Of a stretch of DNA of 64,000 bases, positions 11,106 to 20,744 are shown one piece after another. The position numbers and the translations under genes were made by a program. Where the stretch lies: NCBI GenBank assembly GCA_963850695.1, contig CAWKMJ010000002.1:78810-142809 (forward strand), read 5' to 3'. Position 1 is the first letter of the stretch; the number at the start of each line of letters is the position of its first letter. Under the pieces are notes generated by a model that saw nothing but the letters and a program-made list of their open reading frames with translations, was not told the origin of the DNA and ran no database searches. This stretch comes from an uncultured Actinomycetes bacterium. Its GTDB lineage: Bacteria > Actinomycetota > Coriobacteriia > Anaerosomatales > CAWKMJ01.

Positions 11106-11904
11106 GTGGGCGACGACAACACGACCGTCATAGCGCACATCTCAGACCTTCACTGCGGGTCGCGCTATCACATCCCGAGTCTTGCCACGCGCGTCATCGA
11201 CGAGCTCAACGAGCTTGCACCCGATATCGTCGTCGTCACCGGCGACTTGACGGACATGGGCTTTCGCCAGGAGTTCAAGCAGGCGCACCGGCTGCTCTCG
11301 AAGCTCGACTGCCGAGCGTCAGCTGGTCCTCATGGGCAACCACGACGCGCGCAACGTGGGTGAGGTGCACTTCTCTGAGCTCTTCGGCGCGCGCACGACC
11401 GAGCTGAGATACAGGGGCGTCCGCATCCTCGGCATCGACTCGAGCGAGCCAGACCTCGACTCGGGTCGGGTCGGCCGCGAGCGGCACAGGTGGATAGAGG
11501 AGTCGCTTCGCCGATCCAGAGGAGTTCTCCGTTCTTGCGATGCACCACCATCTGGTGCCGGTTCCCGGTACCGGTCGCGAGCGCAACATCGTCTACGATG
11601 CCGGAGACATGCTCCAGGTGCTGGCCAGCTGCGGGACGGACCTGGTCCTGTGCGGTCACAAGCACGTTCCCAACGTCTGGCGGCTCGAGGACATGCTCAT
11701 CGTCAACGCCGGCACGGCGTGCTCTCACCGTCTGCGTGGTCGCGTGCGCCCCTGCTACAACATCATCGAGATCATCGACAACAACCGCGTGCGCGTCATC
11801 CGCAAGGAGCCGTACACCGACGGCGAGATCGTCGCGGACTACCGCGGCATACACCGTCGCTACTGCAGCTGGCGGCCCGAGGGCGAGGACCGCACGGTCG
11901 ATGA
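11106..11904 (+). CDS. Calcineurin-like metallophosphoesterase; two frame changes; 3' end uncertain (somewhere between 11870 and 12010)
   Basis: GTG 11106 after AGGAGGG. Motif series HISDLHCG, VVVTGDLTD, MGNHDARN, AMHHHLVP, LCGHKHVPNV. Confidence 0.8.
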
Positions 11905-12011
11905 TTTCGACGCGTGTCTCGGCGGGCAGACAGTCGCGGGGAGCGATGATGCGGTCGACGACGGTGTGTCGGCCAACATCTCGCTCGGCGAACCACGGGG
12001 GAGGTTCCGCG

Positions 12012-13372
12012 GTGAGTCGAGTGGTCGCCCTCATCGACGGCGAGCACTACCCTCCGGTCGTGCGGTTCGCTCTCGACGAGCTCTCGCGCCGAAGCACGAG
12101 GTCGTGGCGGCGGCGTTCCTCGGCGGGACCGAGAAGGTGGATCTCGAGGCCGGGCTCGACACGTATGGCGTGCCGGTCATCGCCGCCGAGAGCGGTGCCG
12201 AGGCGCTCGCCTCGGCGCTCGAGCAGTACTCACCGGATGCGGTCGTGGACCTCTCCGATGAGCCCGTGGTCTCCTCGGCAGACCGCTTCCGGCTGGCGAG
12301 CCTCGCGCTCGCTGCAGGCGTCGGCGTACCGCGGTGCGGACTTCGAGTTCACGCCGCCGAGCGTGGCAGGTCGTGACCGACGACGCCCACGCTCGGCCTC
12401 ATCGGGACCGGCAAGCGCGTGGGCAAGACCGCCGTGTCGGGCTACGTCGCGCGTACGCTCACCGGGCTCGGACACGACATCGTCGTGCTTGCGATGGGTC
12501 GCGGGGGGCCGGCCGAGCCGGAGCTCATCCACGGCGAGCAGGTGAGACTGACCACACCTGACCTTCTCGAACTCGCGTCGCAGGGGATTCACGCATCGTC
12601 TGACAACTACGAGGACGCGGTCATGAGCCGCGTGACTACGGTGGGCTGTCGGCGCTGTGGCGGCGGGATGGCGGGCGAGACGTTCTTCAGCAACGTGCCC
12701 GAGGGGGCGCGGCTGGCCGATTCGCTCGGCAAGGAGCTGCTCGTGCTCGAAGGGTAGCGGCTCGGCGATCCCGCCGGTGCACTGCGGATGCGAACATCCT
12801 CGTCATCGGAGCGGGCAGGGGAGTCGAGTATGTCGAACGGCTACTTCGGTCCGTACCGGCTCTCGCGAGCCGACCTCGTGATCATCGCGACTGCCGAGGA
12901 GCCGGTCGCGACCGCCGACGCAGATCGAGGAGATCCGCGCAGCGGTCGCTCGCCAGCGCCCCGACGTACCGTGCATCGCCACGACGTTTCGGCCGTACGC
13001 CGATCGAGCCCGTCGCGGGCAAGCGGGTGTTCTTCGCGACCACCGCTCCCGAGGAGGTCGTCCCAAGCTCGCTGAGTATCTTGAGGCGCGAGCACGGCTG
13101 TGACGTCGTGGCCGCCAGTCCTCACCTGTCCAACCGCGCCCGGCTGCGCGCCGACATGCGCGCGGCAGACGGCGACTACGAGGTGCTGCTCACCGAGCTC
13201 AAGGCAGCGGCGATCGATGTCGTCGCGGCTGCGGGCGAGGAGGCAGGCGTGCCGACGGTGCTGTGCGACAACGTCCCTGTTCCTGTCGACGGTGGGCGAT
13301 CTTGAGCCGCTGGTCGAGACGGTGGCAGCCACGGCCGTCGAGCGCGGTCGCGAACGAGGAGGTGTAGCCTGA
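12012..13372 (+). CDS. cpgS: Cyclic 2,3-diphosphoglycerate synthetase homologue, about seven frame changes
   Basis: GTG 12012 after GGGGAGG. Readable as VVALIDGEHYPPVVRFALDEL / FLGGTEKVD...DLSDEPVVSSADRFRLASLALAAG / AYRGADFEF / LIGTGKRVGKTAVSGYVAR...LAMGRGGPAEPE...TVGCRRCGGGMAGE...LVLEGSGSAIPPV / FATTAPEEV...ASPHLSNRARL...LLTELKAAAIDV...CDNVPV. This motif order matches what I recall of Methanothermus fervidus CpgS. Confidence 0.75.
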
Positions 13373-14294
13373 TGCCGCAGGACAAGACGGATCATCGCTC
13401 ACCGACAAGGCGCACGGCCTGCCCTTCTCCAAGGGGCTGCTCGCGCAGTCCTTCACGGCGACCGGTCTCTCGCCGTCGCAGCGCGTCACGAGATCGCCCA
13501 GGCCATTCAGGACGACCTGCGTGAGCGCGGCGAGACCTCGCTCACGATCGCGCGGCTGCGCAGCTTGCCGAGGAGTACCTCGGCCGGATGGCGGGCGAGG
13601 AGTACGCTCGGCCGCTACATCCGCTTCTACCAGCTCTCCAAGCTCGACAACCCGCTCATCGTGCTCATCGGCGGGACGACCGGCGTGGGCAAGTCGACGA
13701 TCGCCACCGAGGTCGCTCACCGGCTCGGTATCACGCGCATCGTGTCGACGGATTCCATTCGCGAGGTCATGCGTGGTATCTTTACCAAGGACCTCATGCC
13801 CGCGATCTACGAAAGTGCGTTCAACGCGTGGCGAGGTCTCCGAGTCCCGGTACCGCACGGTGCCAACCCCGTCATCGTCGGATTCCGCGAGCAGACTGCT
13901 GTCGTGACGACAGGGGTCAAGGCGCTGATCGACCGTTCGGTGCTCGAGGGCGACAGCCTCGTGCTGGAGGGGGTCCATCTCGTTCCGGGCTATCTCGAAC
14001 CACGCCAGTTCAAGAACGCCCGGGTCGTGCAACTTGTCATCACGGTCGAGGACGAGGACAGCCATCGCTCGCCACTTCTACATCCGCGAGGTGCAGACCG
14101 ACGGCATGCGCCCGTTCGAGAGGTACCGGGCCAACTTCGGCAACATCCGACTGCTGGGTCACTACATCGAGGATCTGGCGCGCGAGCACGGGACCAAGGT
14201 CATCCCGAGCCACCAGCTGGACCTCACCGTCTCCGACGTGCTGGAGCACGTCGTGGATTCCGTGATCGAGACGGACGCACAGACGCCGAGCTAG
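13372..14294 (+). CDS. pgk2: 2-phosphoglycerate kinase homologue, about four frame changes
   Basis: ATG 13372 overlaps the cpgS stop (TGATG). N-terminal ATP-cone-like part LPFSKGLLAQS...IAQAIQDDLRERGETSLTI. P-loop LIVLIGGTTGVGKSTIATEVAHRLGI, TRIVSTDSIREVMRG, LVLEGVHLVPGYL. Tail HFYIREVQTDGMRPFERY... Confidence 0.75.
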
Positions 14295-14347
14295 AGCGAA
14301 GCGTCCGACCTTCTCGCTCGCGCCAGCGGGCGTGGGCACATAGACAG

Positions 14348-14367
14348 GCACCTGCGGCCGCAGGTGC
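14348..14367 (+). terminator. Perfect 8-bp hairpin GCACCTGC-GGCC-GCAGGTGC between pgk2 and tal (no U-tract)
   Basis: Palindrome read directly, 54 nt after the pgk2 stop and 20 nt before the tal ATG. Confidence 0.35.
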
Positions 14368-14386
14368 GAATACGTAGAAAGCGAGT

Positions 14387-15057
14387 ATGCAAGTGAAGTT
14401 CTTTCTGGATACAGCGAACATCGAGGAGATCGAGGAGGCCGCGAGCTGGGGCGTGATCTCCGGCGTCACGACCAACCCGACGCTGTACGCTCGCGAGGGC
14501 GGCAAGCTTGCCGACTTCCACGACCACATCAAGCGCATCTGCGAGATCGTCGACGGTCCGGTCTCGGCCGAGACGGTCGACTCTCGACGCGCGACGAGAT
14601 CGTCGCCGAGGGCGAGGTGCTGGCGGACATCCACCCCAACGTCGTGGTCAAGGTGCCGACGATGCCCGAGGGCCTTGCTGCGACCAAGGCCCTCTTCGAC
14701 AAGGGCATCAAGGTCAACATGACGCTGTGCTTCACCGTCCCGCAGGCCATCATGGCGGCGCGTTCCGGCGCAGCGTACATCTCGCCGTTCATCGGTCGAT
14801 TCGATGACATCTCCGAGGATGGCATCGCTCATCTGGCCAACGTGGTCACAGCCATCAACAACTACGACTTCGGTCACGAGGTCGAGATCATCGCCGCCTC
14901 GGTACGGCATCCCGAGCATGTCCTTCAGTCGGCGCTGATCGGCGCCGATATCGCCACCGTCCCCATGGGGGTCCTCGAGAAGTGCGTGAAGCACCCGCTC
15001 ACCGACCGCGGGCTCGAATCGTTCCTCGCCGACTGGGAGAAGGTCAAGAACTCATGA
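14387..15057 (+). CDS. tal: Short-type transaldolase / fructose-6-phosphate aldolase family, one frame change near 14580
   Basis: [36 protein letters not shown] (Schiff-base Lys context), [18 protein letters not shown]. Confidence 0.88.
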
Positions 15058-16428
15058 GCGCACGTCAACGCAAGCGTGGTCGTCGTGGCGGCAGCGGTGG
15101 AGGCGGCGGAGGCGGCGGCGGCGGCAAGGAGCCCGCAGCCGTCGGTGAAGCGCGAGGAGCTTCGAGGCCCTCAAGGTGACCGAGCTCAAGGAGATGGCCG
15201 CCGAGCTCGGGGTCGACGTCGAAGAACCTCAAGAAGGACGAGCTCGTCACCGCCGTGTTCGAGGCCAAGATGGCTGCCGAGGGATTCGTCGAGATCGAGG
15301 GCATCCTCGACGTCCTGCCCGAGGGCTACGGCTTCATCCGGACCGAGCGGCTACCTGCCGGGCGACAAGGACGTCTACTGCTCGATGTCGCAGATACGAC
15401 GCTTCGAGCTGCGTCGCGGCGACATGGTCAACGGGCACCGTCCGTCCGCCCAAGGACAACGAGAAGTACCCGGCGCTGCTCAGGGTCAACGCCGTCAACG
15501 GCATGGACGCCGAGCGAGGCGCAAGGTCGCGTCCGCGCTTCAAGGACCTCACCCCGATCTTCCCCGACGAGCGGTTCCGGCTCGAGCACGGCGGAGCGTT
15601 CCTGACCGCGCGCGTCATCGACCTGGTCGCGCCCATCGGCAAGGGACAGCGTGGCCTCATCGTCTCCCCGCCCAAGGCGGGCAAGACGACCGTCCTCAAG
15701 GACATCGCCGCAGCCATCAGCGCGAACAACCCCGAGGCCTACCTCATGTGCCTGCTCGTCGATGAGCGGCCCGAGGAAGTCACGGACATGGAGCGCTCGA
15801 TCCACGGCGAGGTCGTGTCGCTCGACCTTCGACATGCCGAGCGAGAACCACATCGCCGTGGCCGAGCTTGTCATGGAGCGGGCCAAGCGTCTCGTCGAGA
15901 GCGGACTACGACGTCGTGATCCTGCTCGACTCGATCACCCGTCTCGCTCGCGCCTACAACCTCGCGACACCGGCCTCGGGCCGCATCCTGTCCGGTGGCG
16001 TCGACTCGACGGCGCTCTACCCGCCCAAGCGGTTCTTCGGTGCGGCGCGCAACATCGAGTTCGGCGGCTCGCTGACGATCCTGGCGACCGCCCTGGTCGA
16101 CACCGGGTCCAAGATGGACGAGGTCATCTTCGAGGAGTTCAAGGGCACCGGCAACATGGAGCTGCGACTCGACCGCGGCATGGCCGATCGCCGCATCTTC
16201 CCGGCGATCGACATCATCACGTCGGGCACGCGCAAGGAAGAGCTGCTCCTCGATCGCGAGGAGGCACCGTTCGTCTGGGGCGTGCGCCGGATCCTCCACG
16301 GCGTCGACTCGCCCGAGCGCGCGCTCGACATGCTCATCAAGGGCCTGAAGCAGACCAACTCGAATCAGGAGTTCCTGGTACGCATGGCCAAGAACGTCGA
16401 CGAGAAGCGCAACGGCATCGACCTGTAG
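15054..16428 (+). CDS. rho: Transcription termination factor Rho with Arg/Gly-rich N-terminal extension, about six frame changes
   Basis: ATG 15054 overlaps the tal stop (ATGA). [15 protein letters not shown] (Rho_N), [36 protein letters not shown] (Walker A), [53 protein letters not shown]. Confidence 0.92.
15087..15125 (+). repeat. GGC/GGN triplet run encoding [13 protein letters not shown] in the Rho N-terminus
   Basis: ggc ggc agc ggt gga ggc ggc gga ggc ggc ggc ggc ggc, in frame with ATG 15054. Confidence 0.9.
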
Positions 16429-16501
16429 CAGCGGTGTCAGAGCGAACGTGCCGGTCGCAGGCCCGCGCAGGCGAGATTCCTCTGCACCGTCCCAGGACGC
16501 G

Positions 16502-16510
16502 TGCTATCAT
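16502..16510 (+). promoter_or_regulatory. Candidate extended -10 element TGcTATCAT upstream of rpmE
   Basis: 62 nt upstream of GTG 16572. Member of the recurring TGnTAnnAT set. Confidence 0.35.
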
Positions 16511-16571
16511 CTGCAGGCTTGTCTCCGCGCCTGCTTGGAAACCAGGCGCAAACGACGGAGGTGTTCGGTCA

Positions 16572-17152
16572 GTGAAACAGGGAATCCACCCCGAGTACAG
16601 TGAGACCACGGTGGTGTGTTCCTGCGGCTCGACCTTCACGACGAGGTCGACGGCGGGCGGCGAGCTCCACCTCGAGCTGTGCTCTCAGTGCCACCCGTTC
16701 TACACGGGTACGCAGAAGCTCGTCGACTCCGGTGGTCGCGTGCAGCGCTTCTCCGACAAGTTCGGCGATGCTGCGCAACGCGGTCCTGGAGAAGGAAGCT
16801 GCTGCGAAGGAAGAGCGCGTCCAGAGGGACGCCGAGATCGCCGAGGCGGCCCGCAAGGCTCGCGAAGAGCGTGAGGCCGAGAAGGCCAAGCGTCAGGCAG
16901 AAGCCGAGCGCGAGAAGTCTCGCAAGTCCCGGAAGAACGAGGCCTCGCCGAGGCTGAGGCTCGAGCCGAAGAGGCCGCCGTGCCGAGGAAGCCGTCGCAG
17001 AGGCCGTCGTCGAAGAGGCCGTCGAAGAGGCTGTCATCGAGGAGGCCGTCGCAGAGGCTGTCGTCGAAGAGGCTGTCGCTGAGGAAGCTGCCGAGGCCGT
17101 TGCCGACGAGGAAGCCCCCGCTGAGGAGGCTACCGAGGAGAGCGCCGAGTAA
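16572..17152 (+). CDS. rpmE: 50S ribosomal protein L31 core (to about 16775) followed by a ~125-aa Lys/Glu/Ala-rich then acidic (EEAV)n tail; either a fusion or a separate overlapping ORF
   Basis: GTG 16572. [26 protein letters not shown]...[30 protein letters not shown]. No stop in the L31 frame nearby. Coding-type GC3 continues in shifted frames as [47 protein letters not shown]... [21 protein letters not shown]...EESAE stop 17150..17152. Confidence 0.8.
16982..17100 (+). repeat. In-frame tandem repeat (period 54 nt = 18 aa) built of GAGGCCGTCG-like units encoding (E/A)EAV repeats
   Basis: GCCGTCGCAGAGGC(C/T)GTCGTCGAAGAGGC(C/T)GTCG occurs at 16991 and again at 17045. Confidence 0.8.
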
Positions 17153-17180
17153 CTCTCGGCATCTCATGCACTGCTAGAAT

Positions 17181-17215
17181 GGAGGCGAGGCGAGAACCCT
17201 CGCCTCCTTCGTTTT
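17181..17215 (+). terminator. Rho-independent terminator after rpmE
   Basis: 10-bp stem GGAGGCGAGG / CCTCGCCTCC (17181..17190 and 17198..17207) followed by TTCGTTTT. Confidence 0.7.
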
Positions 17216-17225
17216 CCAGGCCCGA

Positions 17226-17957
17226 ATGCGCCTGGAGGAGGGCTTCGCCGACGCGATGGACGTACGTCTCCTCTTCCATACTCCCGAACCCGAGCGCGCC
17301 GTCGCTGTTGCCGCGCGGCTGTGCTACGCGCCGGTCGGCGCGGCCGAGCTCATGGAGGAGATGGACGAGGAAGCCGTCCACCGCGTCCTCAAGACGATCA
17401 TGGAATCAGGGCACCTCTCCACCCTCGAGCACGCGAGCTACACGTTCGCCATCGACGGTGTCTCGCGGGCGATGACCCATCAGCTCGTGCGGCATCGCCT
17501 CGCAAGCTACAACCAGCAGTCGCAGCGCTACGTCTCCTACGCCGAGGAGCCCGTGCTTCATCGTCCCGCCTGCAGATCGCTGGCGATCCTGATGCGCTGG
17601 AGCGCTACGACCAGCGCGACGGCCTCGGCGTTCGCTGCGCTACCGTGAGATGATCGATGCGGGCGTCGCGGCCGAGGATGCACGCTATCTGCTGCCCAAC
17701 GCCATGGAGACCAAGATCGTCGTCACCATGAACATCCGTGAGCTGCTGCACTTCTTCGAGCTGCGTTGCTGCAAGCGGCGCAGTGGGAGATCCGCGAGGT
17801 GGCGCTGCGCATGCTTGAGCTGGCGGAGCCCACGGCACCCTACATCTTCATGGATGCGGGAGCGTCGTGCCGCCGCGGTCCGTGCCGCGAGGGCAAGATG
17901 ACATGCGGCGAACCATATCGAGAGGGCGCCAAGAGCGTGAGTGACGACCAGACGTAG
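17226..17957 (+). CDS. thyX: FAD-dependent thymidylate synthase ThyX, about three frame changes; alternative start ATG 17256
   Basis: [16 protein letters not shown], ThyX signature [55 protein letters not shown]. Stop TAG 17955..17957. Confidence 0.88.
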
Positions 17958-18969
17958 CAGACCATCAAGTACACACACATCGGCGGCCAGGCCGTCATCG
18001 AGGGCGTGATGATGCGCGGCAAGTACAACTGGGCCGTGGCTGTGCGCACTCCCGACGAGGCCATCCACGTCGAGCAGCACGACCTCAAGACCAGCGCCAC
18101 CAAGAACGCCTTGGCTCGGCAAGCCCATCATCCGAGGCGTCGTCGGCCTCTACGAGACGCTGGTGCTCGCGATGAAGGCGTTCGCGATCTCGGCATCTCT
18201 TGCCGGAGAGACCGAGGAAGAGCAGCTCTCCAGCAAGGAGATCGGCTTCACGATGGTGCTCGGCCTCGGCTCTGGCGGTCGGGCTGTTCATCGTGCTGCC
18301 CACCGTTCGCGACCAACTTCCTGCTCGGGCCCGGCGACTGAGCGCCCGTTCGCCTGGAACCTCCTGCACGGCGTCTTCGTGGTCGCGCTGTTCTTCCTCT
18401 ACATCTGGGCCGTCAGCCGCATGAAGGACATCCAGCGGGTGTTCGCGATACCACGGCGCCGAGCACAAGACGATCCACGCCTACGAGCACGGTCTGCCGC
18501 TGGAGCCCGAAGTCATCCAGCGCTACGAGACCATGCACGTGCGGTGTGGCACATCGTTCCTGCTCATGGTGATGGTCATCTCGATCATCGTCTTCACGCT
18601 CGTGCCGGTACGCCTGATCGCGGAGTGGCTCGGGATCGACCAGCAGTGGGGGATCACGCTCATGGCGATCGGCATGCGCATCGTGCTTGCTCCCGCTCAT
18701 CGCCGGTCTTGCCTACGAGGTCATCAAGTGGGCAGGCAAGGCGCCCGACAAGCCGCTCGTGAAGGTGCTGCTGTGGCCGGGGCTGCAGCTGCAGAAGATG
18801 ACCACGCGCGAGCCCGACCGATGACATGGTCGAGGTCGCCGTCGCCGCCATGAAGCCGATCATCGCTCGCGAGGACGCTGAGCGCGAAGGCGCCGCCGCT
18901 CCGTCCGAGCCGCCCGCGGAGCCGTCGCCGAGGCCACGACGGCCGCGTCGGTGGCCGACGGCCCGCTAG
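17958..18969 (+). CDS. DUF1385-family membrane protein, about five frame changes; start codon not identifiable
   Basis: Conserved N-terminus IGGQAVIEGVMMRG begins directly after the thyX TAG in the same frame. Later PIIRGVVGLYETLVLAMKAF, YHGAEHKTIHAYEHG, HVRCGTSFLLMVMVISIIVF, LAYEVIKWAGK, LWPGLQLQKMTTREP. Confidence 0.75.
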
Positions 18970-19028
18970 TCGCTAGCCTCTCGGCCCATGTCGTTCCTGC
19001 AGGCGCGGTGTTTGCTGCTACCGCTCCC

Positions 19029-19664
19029 ATGGAACCGACCGACACCGACGTCGCGGTCCCGGCGGGGGAGACGCTCTCTCTCGGCGACCGCTTCAAGCCG
19101 CGCCTGAGCGCACGCTCTCAGTTCGTGCTGGCCGGGGCCATCTGGTATGCGGTGGCCGTCGTGCTCGGGACGAGAGGCATCGGCTGGCTCATAGGCTCCG
19201 AGTGGGCCCTGCTGCTCGCAGCAGGCGGCGTGGTTCTCGGCGTTCTCAAGGCCCGTTTCATCATGGAGCGAGTCGCGAAACGGGCGATCGGCCGCATTCG
19301 CGAGCGCGACCGTGACAAGTGCGCGGGTGGCTTCTTCTCGTGGCAGTCCTGGCTTGTGGTGATCGCGATGATGGCGCTCGGGCATGCACTCCGGCTCACG
19401 GCCACACCGCGGCCGATCCTCGGCGCACTCTACGTCGCCATCGCCACGGGGCTGCTCATCGCCGGGCGGCTCTACTGGATGGCTGCCAGCTCTGCCCCTG
19501 AAGCCGATCGATCCTGCTGGGGAGCTGACGGGCTGCGCCACGCCCGCCCGCCATCGCGCGGTGCTAGAATGCTAGGGTCTCGAGGGACCACCTCGCGCCT
19601 CCTGGGCATCCGTTCGACTCGGTGTCTGACAGAGGCCAGCAAGCTACCGGTAAGGACGTCTTGA
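19029..19664 (+). CDS. Small multi-TM membrane protein, unknown function; 3' end uncertain (may end before about 19560)
   Basis: ORF 18951..19664. ATG 19029. Hydrophobic segments FVLAGAIWYAVAVVLG, WALLLAAGGVVLGVL, WLVVIAMMALGHAL, ILGALYVAIATGLLIAG. Confidence 0.4.
   Translation: MEPTDTDVAVPAGETLSLGDRFKPRLSARSQFVLAGAIWYAVAVVLGTRGIGWLIGSEWALLLAAGGVVLGVLKARFIMERVAKRAIGRIRERDRDKCAGGFFSWQSWLVVIAMMALGHALRLTATPRPILGALYVAIATGLLIAGRLYWMAASSAPEADRSCWGADGLRHARPPSRGARMLGSRGTTSRLLGIRSTRCLTEASKLPVRTS
19562..19570 (+). promoter_or_regulatory. Candidate extended -10 element TGcTAGAAT upstream of prfA
   Basis: About 105 nt upstream of the prfA start. Recurring TGnTAnnAT motif. Confidence 0.35.
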
Positions 19665-19674
19665 TACACCATGC

Positions 19675-20743
19675 GTGACAAACTCGAAGCAGCTGCTCGC
19701 CTCATACGGCGAGCTCACGCAGAAGCTCGGGGACCCCGAGGTCCTCGGCGATCAGAAGCGGTACACGAAGCTCGCCAAGGAGCAGGCCTCGATGACGCCG
19801 CTGGCCAAGAAGATAGAGGAGTACTTCGAGGTCCTCGACGGGATCGAGGACGCCGAGGAGATCCTGCGTGCCGAGGACGATCCGGAGATGAAGGAGATGG
19901 CCAAGGAGGAGCTCCATCGTCCTTGAGCCTCGTCAAGCCCGAGCTCGAAGAAGAGCTGCGCGTGATGATGCTGCCCAAGGATCCCAACGACGACAAGAAC
20001 GTCATCGTCGAGATTCGTGCCGGTGCCGGCGGGGACGAGGCCGGCCTGTTCGCGGGCGAGCTGTATCGCATGTACACGCGCTACGCCGAGCATCAGAAGT
20101 GGAAGGTCGAGGAGCTCGACTCGAGCGAGAACGACGTGGGTGGGTTCAAGGAGGTCTCGTTCATGATCAAGGGCAGCGACGTCTACTCCAAGATGAAGTT
20201 CGAGTCGGGCGTGCACCGGGTCCAGCGCATCCCGCAGACCGAGTCAGGTGGGCGCATCCACACATCGACGGCGACCGTGGCGGTGCTGCCCGAGGCCGAG
20301 GACGTCGAGATCGAGATCAACCAGCAGGACCTCCGCATCGACGTCTACCGCTCGAGCGGTCCCGGCGGTCAGTCGGTCAACACCACCGACTCGGCCGTGC
20401 GCATCACGCATCTGCCCACCGGCACGGTCGTGCAGTCCCAGAACCAGAAGTCGCAGCTCCAGAACAAGGAGAACGCGATGCGGGTGTTGCGCGCACGCCT
20501 CTACGAGACTCGAGCTGGAGAAGCAGCAGGCCGAGCTGGGCGCTGAGCGCCGCAGCCAGATCGGCTCGGGCGACCGCTCGGAGAAGATCCGCACATACAA
20601 CTTCCCACAGGATCGCGTCACCGATCACCGCATCAACCTCACGATTCACAACCTGCCCGGCGTGATGATGGGCGAGATCGAGCGAGCTCATCGAAGGGCT
20701 GGTCGCCGCGGACCGGGCGGCCCGCCTCGCCGAGGTGGTCTAG
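19675..20743 (+). CDS. prfA: Peptide chain release factor 1, about three frame changes
   Basis: GTG 19675 frame gives [23 protein letters not shown] (ATG 19671 is out of frame). [65 protein letters not shown] (GGQ), [19 protein letters not shown]. Stop 20741..20743. Confidence 0.93.
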
Positions 20744-20744
20744 G

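Noticed and set aside
16982-17100. The GAGGCCGTCG-type repeats after rpmE as a non-coding repeat or CRISPR-like array.
   Set aside because: The period is a multiple of three, the tract stays open in one frame, and it encodes a regular acidic peptide ending at a stop followed by a terminator. It is a coding repeat.
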